A stretch of DNA of 64,000 nucleotides from a virus (lineage: Duplodnaviria > Caudoviricetes). Below are positions 9,561 through 18,846 of this stretch, in pieces. The translations under genes and the position numbers were made by a program. Location: positions 3,224 to 67,223 of the IMG/VR virus record IMGVR_UViG_3300048606_000027. The stretch is one strand, 5' to 3'. The notes under the pieces were generated by a model. That model saw nothing but the letters and a program-made list of their open reading frames with translations. It was not told the origin of the DNA and searched no databases. Numbering within the stretch: the stretch's first letter is position 1; each line of letters opens with the position of its first letter.

Positions 9561-9647
9561 TAGGTAATCTCCTACAGTCTCCCTTAACCGTCAAGTGGGA
9601 AATGTAGGAAATCTCCTATTGACCGAAAAATAGGCGTTCGGTAGGGT
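9561..9647. promoter_or_regulatory. Divergent promoter/operator region with two TAGG-N6-CCTA palindromes
   Basis: TAGGTAATCTCCTA (9561-9574) and TAGGAAATCTCCTA (9605-9618); rightward TTGACC-17-TAGGGT from 9619; leftward TTGACG near 9594. Confidence 0.6.
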
Positions 9648-9653
9648 CCGCGC

Positions 9654-9860
9654 ATGATACTCGAACCTGAACTCCTGGCTGATATCGAGGCGCTTCTCGC
9701 CACCACGGGGGAAACGCCAACCGCATTTGGCCGCCGCGTTGCCGCTGATCCATCGCTGGTGTCTGACCTAAGGACTGGCCGGAGCGTGGGACGGCGACTG
9801 CGTGAGAAAATCCAGGCGGCGCTTATCACGATCGCCGCAACTCAACCGACAGAAAGCTGA
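9654..9860 (+). CDS. Cro-like HTH regulator
   Basis: TPTAFGRRVAADPSLVSDLRTGRS, typical small alphaproteobacterial phage Cro. Confidence 0.7.
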   Translation: MILEPELLADIEALLATTGETPTAFGRRVAADPSLVSDLRTGRSVGRRLREKIQAALITIAATQPTES

Positions 9861-9956
9861 TCCATGGGTTGTCCAGATTTGTGGAGTGCTAATTCGCCCG
9901 AGGATTTTGCCCGATTGCTTGACCTGGCACTGACAGCCAAGGGCTTTTGAAGTGCC

Positions 9957-10373
9957 ATGGCTGACGTCGGACCCGATCCGGATCGAAAGATGCTGACCTT
10001 CGTCCTCCCGTTCGCTCTGGACAGCCTCAACGTCCGGGACCGTAAGCACCGCTACGCGCACGGGCACGATAAAAAACAGATGGCGCTTGAAGTTCTCGCC
10101 GCAATCGGTGGGTCCCGTTACAAGCCGTTCCCGCCATGGCCTCGCGTGCGCGTGACGATCGTTCGGTGCTCATCCGGTAAACTCGACCGCGACAATTTGT
10201 GGGGATCGGCGAAAAATCTCTGCGACGTGCTTTGCGCTCAATCGCCTCGGCATCCATCCGGCCTTTCGATCTGTCTTGACGATACCGAAGCCGCCATGGA
10301 TTTGAAGGTCTCGCAGTCGTCAGCGCCGCCAGGAAAGGGTTCGACGGTTGTTCGGGTTGAACCGATTGAGTAA
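9957..10373 (+). CDS. RusA-like Holliday junction resolvase
   Basis: KLDRDNLWGSAKNLCDVL matches the RusA D-x-D-N-x2-K-x3-D motif. Confidence 0.7.
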   Translation: MADVGPDPDRKMLTFVLPFALDSLNVRDRKHRYAHGHDKKQMALEVLAAIGGSRYKPFPPWPRVRVTIVRCSSGKLDRDNLWGSAKNLCDVLCAQSPRHPSGLSICLDDTEAAMDLKVSQSSAPPGKGSTVVRVEPIE

Positions 10374-10428
10374 GACAACCCTTCCCATTCTACTCTCTCC
10401 CCATAGGTCCGCATTCCGCAAGGGTGCT

Positions 10429-10725
10429 TCAAGGATCGGCGCATCGAGCGGCCGCCTCATTAATCAATGATTGAATTTGGTTAATCTGCGAGCGCCGCAG
10501 GTTGAACCATTCTCCATGTCGCCGCTGTTTCCAAAACAGATTGTGAGCTAATTTCTCGACCTGTCGCGCGTGGTCTGAATTTCGACATTTCACCGAACCA
10601 ATGATCCGCAATCTGATCGGAGAACCCGTTTGAAGCTCCATTAGGCGATTAAGAGGGTCGTTCGCCTTGCCGATTTTGATCAGCGTGTTTCGCTTACCTT
10701 CGGCCCCGATGAAGTAGATGAACAC
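10429..10725 (-). CDS. GIY-YIG (T5orf172-like) nuclease
   Basis: FIYFI...IKIGKANDPLNRLMELQTGSP...EKLAH..F...R.HGEWF. Confidence 0.8.
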   Translation of the reverse strand: MFIYFIGAEGKRNTLIKIGKANDPLNRLMELQTGSPIRLRIIGSVKCRNSDHARQVEKLAHNLFWKQRRHGEWFNLRRSQINQIQSLINEAAARCADP

Positions 10726-10773
10726 CTGTCTTTTCCTTGTTTAACGAGTTCAGACCTTGAGCTTCGGCCAGAA

Positions 10774-11373
10774 TTAGCCTGTCTCTCGCCAATCCGTTTC
10801 ATCCCACGCGCCCTTTCCAAGGTTGCAATCTTCGCATAGAACTTGAAGGTTGCTCAGGGAGAGTTTCAATTCTGGGTATTTGCTAATTGGCTTCACATGA
10901 TCAACATGGATCACAGTCCCATCCTTGGCCGATCGACCGCAGCACTGGCACTTCCCTCCATTCTTACGCAGCGCGAGATAGCGCAACTCCCGCCATTCGT
11001 GACTTACATAAAACGCCTGCCGCTCAGAGTTCACGGGAAATCTGGTGACGATCTTGATCGCGGTTACTTTCTTTGGTTTTTGACCGGACGGAGCCTTATT
11101 TGTGTTTTGGCTAATCTGTCCACGCAAGCGGCGAGGAATGGACGCGGCGCCAGCCGTTCGAACAAACTTCAAACCATCTGGGGTGGGGTTGAGATAGTAT
11201 TGGACGCCTCTTATCCCCATACCGCGCCGGACCGCCTTCGAATGATCCTCGGTAAATGTCATCAAACATTCTGGTATCTGCTGATGTTCCGACAGAAGAT
11301 CGCATATCGCTTTCACTTCTGGTATCTCTGCCGATCTATTCCATCTGGCCAGCGTAGTTTTTGCCCTGCTCAT
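10774..11373 (-). CDS. HNH endonuclease (McrA/HNH type)
   Basis: WRELRY.AL...GKCQCCG...IHVDHVKPISKYPEL.L.LSNLQVLCEDCNLGKG. Confidence 0.85.
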   Translation of the reverse strand: MSRAKTTLARWNRSAEIPEVKAICDLLSEHQQIPECLMTFTEDHSKAVRRGMGIRGVQYYLNPTPDGLKFVRTAGAASIPRRLRGQISQNTNKAPSGQKPKKVTAIKIVTRFPVNSERQAFYVSHEWRELRYLALRKNGGKCQCCGRSAKDGTVIHVDHVKPISKYPELKLSLSNLQVLCEDCNLGKGAWDETDWRETG

Positions 11374-11567
11374 ACGACGTGATATCCCCTGTTAGCCAGG
11401 AAACGCACGTGAGGGGGCTTGGATTTCCAGACTTTGGGGGCTAAGTTGTGCCCGTCCGGATCGTGCGAACCCTACTCGGCATCCACGGTAGAGCCCTGGC
11501 AGGCCATCCCGTCTCAGGGACGATAACAGAACGCCTCGCGGGTGCAAGCCTTCGAGGCGTTGCCTTT

Positions 11568-11792
11568 TCAGGGGGCAAACATCTCATCCGCCACGATCGG
11601 CGCTTCGATCCGCCTCACGTCGCGCGAGGGGTGAACCTGATGCGTCTCGAATTTCGCCTGACAGTTCGCGTCACAGAAAAACCGAAACGACTGAACGTAA
11701 TCATCCACCGGGTTGAGTTCGACGCGCCGGAGCGGCTGGTAGCTGTGACAAAACGAACATCGGGACGCATGCGGGATCGTGGTATCGATCAC
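11568..11792 (-). CDS. Small Cys-rich hypothetical protein
   Basis: GTGA overlap with the HNH stop; CSFC...CDANC. Confidence 0.4.
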   Translation of the reverse strand: MIDTTIPHASRCSFCHSYQPLRRVELNPVDDYVQSFRFFCDANCQAKFETHQVHPSRDVRRIEAPIVADEMFAP

Positions 11793-12418
11793 CCGAACAT
11801 CTCTTTTGCCGCCTTCCTCGCCTCGAACCGCCGCATCATCTCCGCGTGGGCGCTTTCTGGCACAGCGCATCCATCACTCCAGAACTCCCCAAATATCACT
11901 TTAGCTGCCTCACAGTAAGCCGCATGAGCTTCATCCGCCGTTGCAAAGCGACCAAGATTTTTCTGCCTGCCGTTCATCTTAATAATCGCTCGGAATCTAA
12001 GTGTTCCGTGATTTAATTTCCGCACACCCTTCATTCCTGACTTATTGCTTCTTCTAAAAGAACTGTTGCCAATGTTCTGATGATCAGTTGCTAATCGCAG
12101 ATTGTCCCAACTATTGTCGAATGGGTTCCTGTTCTTGTGATCGATGAACAATTCTCCCGGATCATCTCCAGTTACCATTCTCCAAATAATCCTATGAGCC
12201 TGAAAATATCGCGTATCCAGAGTTACCTTTAGTCTCATACAACCTGGCACAGGCTTTATTTTTTTACCGGGATTTTGAATATCCCAACTCTTAAACGACG
12301 CCCTGCTGTGAAAATGTCGGACTGGTCTTGATTTCCATGTTAGGTCGCCGGTGACTTTGTCGTATTCGAAGCACTCATTCAAATACTCAGCAGAGGGGAG
12401 TGGCATATGCCTTGTCAT
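11789..12418 (-). CDS. HNH-AP2 homing endonuclease
   Basis: AHRIIW...IDHKNRNPFDN..NLRLAT..QN (HNH) followed by SGMKGV...FRAIIK...LGRFATADEAHAAY (AP2). Confidence 0.9.
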   Translation of the reverse strand: MTRHMPLPSAEYLNECFEYDKVTGDLTWKSRPVRHFHSRASFKSWDIQNPGKKIKPVPGCMRLKVTLDTRYFQAHRIIWRMVTGDDPGELFIDHKNRNPFDNSWDNLRLATDHQNIGNSSFRRSNKSGMKGVRKLNHGTLRFRAIIKMNGRQKNLGRFATADEAHAAYCEAAKVIFGEFWSDGCAVPESAHAEMMRRFEARKAAKEMFG

Positions 12419-12666
12419 GAGAACATGTCCTTGGCCGCTCTTTTGGCTTCAAACCGCTTTATCATTTCTGATTTACAATAAGCTTTCCACTGTGCCGGCC
12501 AATCGGCACTCACGAGGCCGCGGCTGACCAGCGTGAAGACTGCCCATTGAGCATCGTATTCCTCGGGCCTGAACGAAGCCATCATCGCCGTGATCTGCCA
12601 GTTGGGAGGGCGATAGTCGGGCGGGAGAGGTGTGCCAGCGGCTGCGGAGACGGGCTTACGGGCCAT
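12415..12666 (-). CDS. Small DnaT-like/replication C-terminal-domain protein
   Basis: LPPDYRP...SADWPAQWK resembles the phage DnaT-like domain; ATG overlaps the DUF1643 end. Confidence 0.45.
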   Translation of the reverse strand: MARKPVSAAAGTPLPPDYRPPNWQITAMMASFRPEEYDAQWAVFTLVSRGLVSADWPAQWKAYCKSEMIKRFEAKRAAKDMFS

Positions 12667-13156
12667 GGAACGGATCGAACTGCTGATCGGCGCGGACATA
12701 GAGTGGGTGCCGCGGATTGCCGCCCTTCGTTTTTCCAAGGCACCGGAGATTGGCTCCGGCGGCTTGCATGATCGCGATCGGGCGATTGTTCCGGCCGCCA
12801 TGCGCACCCCAGGCGCAGACGATCGGCACACCGTAAGCAGCGGCGGCTTTGGCAACGTCCGTCAGGTGCTGAGCGTTGTCCGGTCCCTCTGGGTCGATTG
12901 CCTTCCACAGATCCACGGGCGATGTGGCGCGGAACGCATAAAGGTTCGTCACCTCGATACCGCCGTACCCCTCCCGGCGCGCGAACCCCATGCACCGGCG
13001 GATCGTCGGATCATCGATCTTCGCATCCGCGATCGACGGATTGAGCATAACGAACGGCAGAACGTAGGCGATCTCATCCCATACGCGACTGAGACGGTAT
13101 CGATATTTGCCGCATTCCGACATGACGGCGCCGGAGCGGATCAGTAAATCAGCCAT
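12656..13156 (-). CDS. DUF1643-family protein
   Basis: YRYRLSRVW..FVMLNPSIADA..DDPTIRRC..F...GYGG...NLYAFRAT.P. Confidence 0.85.
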   Translation of the reverse strand: MADLLIRSGAVMSECGKYRYRLSRVWDEIAYVLPFVMLNPSIADAKIDDPTIRRCMGFARREGYGGIEVTNLYAFRATSPVDLWKAIDPEGPDNAQHLTDVAKAAAAYGVPIVCAWGAHGGRNNRPIAIMQAAGANLRCLGKTKGGNPRHPLYVRADQQFDPFHGP

Positions 13157-13430
13157 CGTCGCGGGCCGGCGTATCGTTCGTCAGGCGCCCGGTGATCTCG
13201 TGCTCGCGATACCAGCGTTCCATCGAGTAAGCGCACTGTTTCGCCTCGGCAATCGCCGCCATATCAGATGATGGTTTAATACCAGCTTCGATCAGCATTT
13301 CTCGAAACACACACCAGAGCCGCACGATCTTTGGTGCGTCAGGATCGCGGGCCAACAGAATGAACATTGGTTCATCTGGCTTGGCGCTTTCGTAACAATC
13401 CCACTTACCCGGATTTAGCTTAGTTCCCAC
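13149..13430 (-). CDS. Conserved phage hypothetical protein
   Basis: KPDEPMFILLARDPDAP motif. Confidence 0.55.
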   Translation of the reverse strand: MGTKLNPGKWDCYESAKPDEPMFILLARDPDAPKIVRLWCVFREMLIEAGIKPSSDMAAIAEAKQCAYSMERWYREHEITGRLTNDTPARDDG

Positions 13431-13692
13431 CTTTTGTTGCCTCCACGAAAAGATGCGGCGCGAACTCTCCGGTCATATCCACCAGCGTCACCATCCCGGT
13501 GAAACCGATCGCCTGGATGCGATGCGTTGGCCCATCGGGCTGATGCCTGAAGCAAACGGGCTTCTGACACAGGGAGATGGCCAGGTCCTTTTGTGCCAGA
13601 TCATCTTCCGACATGAATTCATCGTGCGGGCAGTAAGTCAGGCGGCGCGCATCGTCGTAATGAACAGCGCAATTATCGCATTGAACGATCAT
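13420..13692 (-). CDS. Hypothetical Cys/His-containing protein
   Basis: CDNC...CPH; tightly packed with neighbours. Confidence 0.5.
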   Translation of the reverse strand: MIVQCDNCAVHYDDARRLTYCPHDEFMSEDDLAQKDLAISLCQKPVCFRHQPDGPTHRIQAIGFTGMVTLVDMTGEFAPHLFVEATKGGN

Positions 13693-13693
13693 T

Positions 13694-14719
13694 CTATTCC
13701 CCAAACATGGTATCGGCGAGGACGGGTTCGGGATCGTCCTGGCGATCGAACAGCGTCCCCGCGTTCTTCTCCCGCGCGGCCAGCCGCAGGTTCGCCACGG
13801 CCTGGCGGTAATAGCTGGGCTTCAACTCCGCGCCACAGAACTTCCGATCCATGCCGATCGCCACGTAGCCGACTGTGCCGATGCCGGCGAACGGACTGAA
13901 AATCACGTCTCCGGGGTTGCTCCATAGGTCCAGACAGCGTCGGACGGGCGTAAGTTGCAACGGACTGATGTGCCGCTCATCGTGCTCGGCACGGGCCACG
14001 CGGAACGACAGAGTATCGTTTTGCTTGATATCCATCCAGACAGGCGACGCGTATTTTTGCCATATCTCAATCGATTTATGTTCTTCAAACGTGCGTTTGC
14101 CGTTCGGTTCGTAAGAGCCTCGGGACGCGGCGGTGTGTTCTTCATCCGTCATGTCGTCGCCGTAGTAGGTCTCGAATACCCCGCTCACAGGCTCATCGTT
14201 CACGCCGGGCTTGCGCATATGAATGAGTTGATCGCAGATCCCCATACGGCTCAGTGCGGAGTCCTTCATAATCTGCTTGTGCAGAAGGCCGATGGATTTT
14301 GTCCGCTGCATTGCAACAACGGGGTCTTTCCAGATGATCGTTCTGGAATGGAAAATGAAGCCAACATCTTCGCAGAGCTTCCGGTTGTCAGCGGGGAAGT
14401 CTTTCATGCCGATGAAGCCGTCCCGTGTGATCGACGTGGGGAGGTCCATGCAATGAATGCTGATGTTCCGCCCTGGCTTTAATGCTCGGAACACGCCCTG
14501 CAATACGAAACGATAGTGATCCCAGAATATCCGATCATCGCGGTTATTCGATACGTCGCGCGGATCATCGCTGAACGTGTAAAGCGAGATGAAAGGAGGA
14601 CTGAACGCGGAATACCCTACAGAATCAGGCGGGAGACCTGTCAGTGCTTCGACGCAATCGGCATTCCACAATTTCCAACTTTGACCTTCTTCTTGATCGA
14701 ATACCCTTGGGACGTCCAC
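13694..14719 (-). CDS. DNA methyltransferase (N4-C/N6-A, beta class)
   Basis: Catalytic SPPF precedes the SAM-binding DVIFSPFAGIGTVG; RBS CAGGAG before the GTG. Confidence 0.9.
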   Translation of the reverse strand: MDVPRVFDQEEGQSWKLWNADCVEALTGLPPDSVGYSAFSPPFISLYTFSDDPRDVSNNRDDRIFWDHYRFVLQGVFRALKPGRNISIHCMDLPTSITRDGFIGMKDFPADNRKLCEDVGFIFHSRTIIWKDPVVAMQRTKSIGLLHKQIMKDSALSRMGICDQLIHMRKPGVNDEPVSGVFETYYGDDMTDEEHTAASRGSYEPNGKRTFEEHKSIEIWQKYASPVWMDIKQNDTLSFRVARAEHDERHISPLQLTPVRRCLDLWSNPGDVIFSPFAGIGTVGYVAIGMDRKFCGAELKPSYYRQAVANLRLAAREKNAGTLFDRQDDPEPVLADTMFGE

Positions 14720-15560
14720 GCTTGATTCTCCTGGTGTCTATTGGGGTTGCGAGAAACTCGCCGATGACATTCGCATTGCTGTGAACAAACAGGTGACACG
14801 GACGGCACAATACGACAAGGTTCCACGGCGTAGCGCGAATGTCGCGAATCTCGAATGAGATTATATGATGGACATGAAGTTTTCGACCCAGACGATGTTC
14901 TTGTTTTCGATCCGTTCCGCATCGTTCGCATTTTCCATTCGATCTACCATAAACAATCCGACAAGCATCTCGCCATTCCAAGCTGGCATGAAACGCCTGT
15001 CGATCGGCCGTTATCCCGCCTTTCCAAAACGGCGAGGCAGCGCCGCTCAGTTGTTTATGTCCCTTAAAAGCAGATGGCTCGCCCTTTCTAAATCCTATCT
15101 TTGTGCCACTATAGCTTCCACGAGACCGCGTGGGGATATCAAAGCCCTTCATCCAATTCCAGACGCTCTTGGGATCACGGCCAACCTCGCGCGCTATCTC
15201 AGTGCAGTCGCGGCGCTTCGTGACGTATTCCTCGTATAGCCATTCTCTGGTAACTGGCTTCGATCGTCGCTGCCATGCAGCCTTACATCCGTGATTGCAA
15301 AAGAAGGTCTCGATCGGGGTGTATTTTGCAGGATCAAACAATCTCCGCATAATAATAGCGGAGCATTCTGAGCACTTCACAGAATGGTATGTCCAATCCA
15401 ATTCTGGCCTATCTTTATTTTCAGCCAAGCGTCTAGATCGGTGGCCGCATCGCGGAGAACAAAATCTTGCGGCCGGATATGTCGGGAACGCAGGGCGACG
15501 GAGGAAGTCCTTACCGCATTCCTCACAGATCGCTGGGATCGTCGGTTTCAAATTAACCAA
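14625..15560 (-). CDS. HNH endonuclease with N-terminal Zn-finger/HTH elements
   Basis: CEECGK..FCS.RC; CERCG...LHVHHIISF...NLVVLCRPCH..VH; overlaps the methylase 5' end by 95 nt. Confidence 0.85.
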   Translation of the reverse strand: MVNLKPTIPAICEECGKDFLRRPAFPTYPAARFCSPRCGHRSRRLAENKDRPELDWTYHSVKCSECSAIIMRRLFDPAKYTPIETFFCNHGCKAAWQRRSKPVTREWLYEEYVTKRRDCTEIAREVGRDPKSVWNWMKGFDIPTRSRGSYSGTKIGFRKGEPSAFKGHKQLSGAASPFWKGGITADRQAFHASLEWRDACRIVYGRSNGKCERCGTDRKQEHRLGRKLHVHHIISFEIRDIRATPWNLVVLCRPCHLFVHSNANVIGEFLATPIDTRRIKRGRPKGIRSRRRSKLEIVECRLRRSTDRSPA

Positions 15561-16978
15561 CTCGGCAGTTCCATTAATCGTTCCGCTTGACGATAGCCCG
15601 TCGCATTACGCCCGCCAAGAACATTTTCACGCTGCAAATCTCGCATGTGTTCGCTCATCGCGTCCAGCATCAATTCGAATGCGATCTCTTTGCGTTTCAG
15701 GTTGGCGACGACGTTGCCTTCGAGTTCGGAGGCGATGAAGTAGACATCAACCTCGCGAGTCTGCCCAAACCGCCAGGAACGCCGGATGCACTGGTAGACT
15801 TCCTCGAATGAGTCCGTGAGGCCAACCATTATTTGACGAGCGCAGTTTTGCCAATTCAACCCCCGGCCGGCGATGGAACCCTTCGTAACGATGTGAAGCG
15901 GCTTGCCGTGCGCGAAGCCGAGCAACCGCTCAATTTTAACTTCTGACTTGTCGCGCCCCGCCACCTGTAGCGCATCCGGTAGCAGCTTCTCAATCATATC
16001 GGCTTCAGAATTTAAGTGAGTCCAAACAATCCACGACTCTTTCGGCTCCCGCAGAATGATCTCAGCGGCCTTCGCGACGCGATCCTTGGCTGTATCCCGC
16101 CGCACGCCGATCCGCTGCGCCAGCGTCGAAGCCTGCATCGGAAACAACTCGCCGGCCGTTGGCTTATATTCCGCGGCGACCGTGACCTGATGCAGATTGA
16201 GTGGAGGAAGATCGTAGCCGGGCTCATCGAAGCCAAGGTCGCGCGGATGCCGCACCATGACGCTCCACGAGGCCAGCCATCGCCAGAAGTCCGCGACGGC
16301 GTGGCGTTTCATGCGCCATCCATCATTCCCCTGCGTGGCGTCTCCGGCGCGGATGGAGCCATCGTGCACGAAAAACATCGCCAGCATCTCTTTCGCGTCC
16401 ATGACACCAAGAAACTCCGCATGTTGGCCTAGCTCGGTATAGTCATTCGGTGAAGGCGTCGCGGTGCAGCAGAGTTTCCAGGCAACGTCGCGACATGCCT
16501 CAGTTAGTAGTTTTCGGGTCTTGCCATCATGGCTACGAATGATTCCGGACTCATCCAGGACAATTCCAACGAATTGAGTGATATCGAATAAGTGGAATCT
16601 TTCATAGTTCGCAATTATTATCATCAGGTCTCCGACATGATCCTGATCAGCCGCATATCCCACGCCAGGAACGCCGAACTTAATTGCTTCAGCCACCGTT
16701 TGCTCCGCCACCGCAAGGGGACACAACACCAAAACCCTTCGTCCAGTGGCGATTGTGACAACCCACGCCCAGAGCAATAAAATCAAAGTCTTCCCAAGCC
16801 CGGTTCCAGCGAAAACAGCAGCGCAACCGCGTCTGATCGCCCATCCGGCTATCGCCGCCTGGAAACTCTTAGTGGCTGGAACCATCTTGAACAAGTCTGG
16901 GACTTGCGACAGGCCACTCGCTGGCGCCGATGCTGACTTAGATGCCAAAAATCTTTGATATTCAATGTTATCTAACAT
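15548..16978 (-). CDS. SF2 (SNF2-like) helicase
   Basis: Walker A GTGLGKT, DES box (LDES), TATP motif III, GLNWQ motif V, RRSWRFGQ motif VI. Confidence 0.9.
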   Translation of the reverse strand: MLDNIEYQRFLASKSASAPASGLSQVPDLFKMVPATKSFQAAIAGWAIRRGCAAVFAGTGLGKTLILLLWAWVVTIATGRRVLVLCPLAVAEQTVAEAIKFGVPGVGYAADQDHVGDLMIIIANYERFHLFDITQFVGIVLDESGIIRSHDGKTRKLLTEACRDVAWKLCCTATPSPNDYTELGQHAEFLGVMDAKEMLAMFFVHDGSIRAGDATQGNDGWRMKRHAVADFWRWLASWSVMVRHPRDLGFDEPGYDLPPLNLHQVTVAAEYKPTAGELFPMQASTLAQRIGVRRDTAKDRVAKAAEIILREPKESWIVWTHLNSEADMIEKLLPDALQVAGRDKSEVKIERLLGFAHGKPLHIVTKGSIAGRGLNWQNCARQIMVGLTDSFEEVYQCIRRSWRFGQTREVDVYFIASELEGNVVANLKRKEIAFELMLDAMSEHMRDLQRENVLGGRNATGYRQAERLMELPSWLI

Positions 16979-17486
16979 GAGCCCATGTCTTCCTTGATAT
17001 CGCGGATTGTATCGTTCCAACTGAGACGCCGTGGGCATCAGCGAGTTTCTGTTGAGTAACACCAGAGGCCGCCGCCGCTCTTATTTTTATGACCAGATCG
17101 TCGCGGAGTAGTGCTCCATGGTGTTTTTCTCCAAACCGCCGCGTTCCGTGTCGAGGCATATCACTGAAATTCTCCTTTCTGGTCGCCCATCGTAAATTAT
17201 TTGCTTTGCAGTTAGTTCTGTCTCCGTCCCAGTGCGCCACTTCGTGTTTAGGGGTTGGGCGCGGGCCATGAAATATGGTGCATACCAGGTCATGAAGGTA
17301 TGTGCATCCTGCTTTTACGTCATTTCGTGACAGGTTGACTGAGAGATAACCTACTCTCATGACATTTGGCTTTAGAATGCGACCAACCTTCGCGCCCCGC
17401 GCCTTCCCGGTGCGTCGCACCCTTCCCAATGAACTTATTTCATAGGGATAATCAGGAACTTGGCGCCATTCTTCATCAAACCCCAT
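16968..17486 (-). CDS. NUMOD4-HNH homing endonuclease
   Basis: EEWRQVPDYPYEISSLGRVR (NUMOD4); HDLVC..FHG...EVAHWDGDRTNCKANNLRW (HNH); C-terminal HTH. Confidence 0.9.
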   Translation of the reverse strand: MGFDEEWRQVPDYPYEISSLGRVRRTGKARGAKVGRILKPNVMRVGYLSVNLSRNDVKAGCTYLHDLVCTIFHGPRPTPKHEVAHWDGDRTNCKANNLRWATRKENFSDMPRHGTRRFGEKHHGALLRDDLVIKIRAAAASGVTQQKLADAHGVSVGTIQSAISRKTWAHVR

Positions 17487-17513
17487 CCGGCCATCTCCTG
17501 TAGAGCGGTGCTG

Positions 17514-18023
17514 TCATCTCGATATCCGCCGACTGTCGCCTTGCCTGATTTCTTCGCGGCCCTTGTGACACTCCGCGAGTGTCCTGGCATCGGGATAGGT
17601 CCACGTCGGACGGTCCAGATTGGCTAACCTGGGCTTCGATTCCCAGGATACTCTCTCCGGGTCGTATTCCACGGCACGCATGGCCTGTCGCACGCGTTTA
17701 ACCGTTGTCGCTCTGAGTTCCGCGACTTCCACCAAGGTCTTGCCGCCCTGATGTAGTTTGACGAATTCTCTCCCGTAGCGCACACGTTCATCGTCTTCCC
17801 AGTGGGTAGGCGAAACCGCGATTGGCACAGTGGCCTGAGTAACCCTGGCGGACGCCTCGGGGGCCATCGCCGGATTTTCCCGAATGAAAGCGATCGTCGT
17901 TTGAATATAGGTTCGCGTCTTCCCAGAGGCGGACATGATTTCTTCCGTTGACTGGCCAGCATCGATGGCGGCGACAAAAGCCGCGCCATCCTGAGCCCAT
18001 ATTTTTTGAACGCGGTCGTTCAC
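17514..18023 (-). CDS. Hypothetical protein with two HTH-like segments
   Basis: STEEIMSASGKTRTYIQ and KTLVEVAELRATTVKRVR. Confidence 0.45.
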   Translation of the reverse strand: MNDRVQKIWAQDGAAFVAAIDAGQSTEEIMSASGKTRTYIQTTIAFIRENPAMAPEASARVTQATVPIAVSPTHWEDDERVRYGREFVKLHQGGKTLVEVAELRATTVKRVRQAMRAVEYDPERVSWESKPRLANLDRPTWTYPDARTLAECHKGREEIRQGDSRRISR

Positions 18024-18202
18024 GGCTTCAACCCCCGCAACCGCTCCACGATCGCCTCCATAACCTTGATCTGCCGCTCGGATCGGTCAAGTTTCAGCTT
18101 TCCGCTCGCGACCAGGCGAGGATAAACGCTTCGCCGCAGCCTCACTTCCCGCTCGGCTTCGAGGACCATCTCCGCGAGGCTCGGTTCGAACATGTCGCTC
18201 AT
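18020..18202 (-). CDS. Conserved small phage protein
   Basis: AEREVRLRRSVYPRLV..GKL...QIKVMEAIV. Confidence 0.6.
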   Translation of the reverse strand: MSDMFEPSLAEMVLEAEREVRLRRSVYPRLVASGKLKLDRSERQIKVMEAIVERLRGLKP

Positions 18203-18650
18203 TCGCGTCCTTATTTATCATGCGAGAGGCCCAGTCGCGCATACGCTGCCATCGATCCTCGGGAGTTTCGTTGTTCCAGGAGTTCTCATCATTTTCGAAT
18301 TCTATCTCCTGAACCAACTGATGCGCGATACCAAACGCGGCGGCGATGCTGTCATAATCTTCCGGGTCCAAGGACTTCATATCCACGCCACGCCGGAGAC
18401 CCAGGCTACCGATCGCACACACCGCGGGAGGCGCGACGTTGGTGATTGAAGGCGGAATAAATGCTGGCGGATCGGCTATAAGTTCGTGCCGGATAAGTTT
18501 CTTTTCTGGCATCGCATCCAGTGCCTCGATGAGATCACGCAGGAACGCCTGTCCGCGCCTGCCACGGATCGCGCTGGCGACCTGACCGCGCCACATGGCC
18601 AATTGCCAGTGATCTGCGTCGAAGTCTTCGATATATCCAGACCGGCTCAT
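18087..18650 (-). CDS. Conserved phage hypothetical protein
   Basis: MSRSGY...WRGQVASAIRGRRGQAFLRDL..ALDAMPEKKLI; the 3' tail overlaps the next gene. Confidence 0.6.
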   Translation of the reverse strand: MSRSGYIEDFDADHWQLAMWRGQVASAIRGRRGQAFLRDLIEALDAMPEKKLIRHELIADPPAFIPPSITNVAPPAVCAIGSLGLRRGVDMKSLDPEDYDSIAAAFGIAHQLVQEIEFENDENSWNNETPEDRWQRMRDWASRMINKDANERHVRTEPRGDGPRSRAGSEAAAKRLSSPGRERKAET

Positions 18651-18846
18651 TCCGCGAACGCCCGGAGCGCGGCGACGATGGTGTTCTTTTGTCGCGGCGT
18701 CAGATCATTATCGCTATCAACGCGACCATCGCAATTCCATCGATCGCATTGCAGTTGGTCCGGACCGGTTCCGAGTTCGAACCGCCGCGCCAGTTCCAGG
18801 CATTCCGACCTGGAAAATCCGGGCTCGTGGACGCGGGTGCATGAGG

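Noticed and set aside
14625-15560. Group I intron or intein splitting a helicase-methylase fusion
   Set aside because: Both flanking genes have their own start, RBS and stop. I could not identify intron core elements or intein termini, so it is treated as a free-standing HNH. RT-PCR across the junction would settle it.
13694-16978. Methylase plus SNF2 helicase as a DISARM/BREX-type defence system
   Set aside because: No other components are present; the pair lies in the phage replication operon, where such genes are common.
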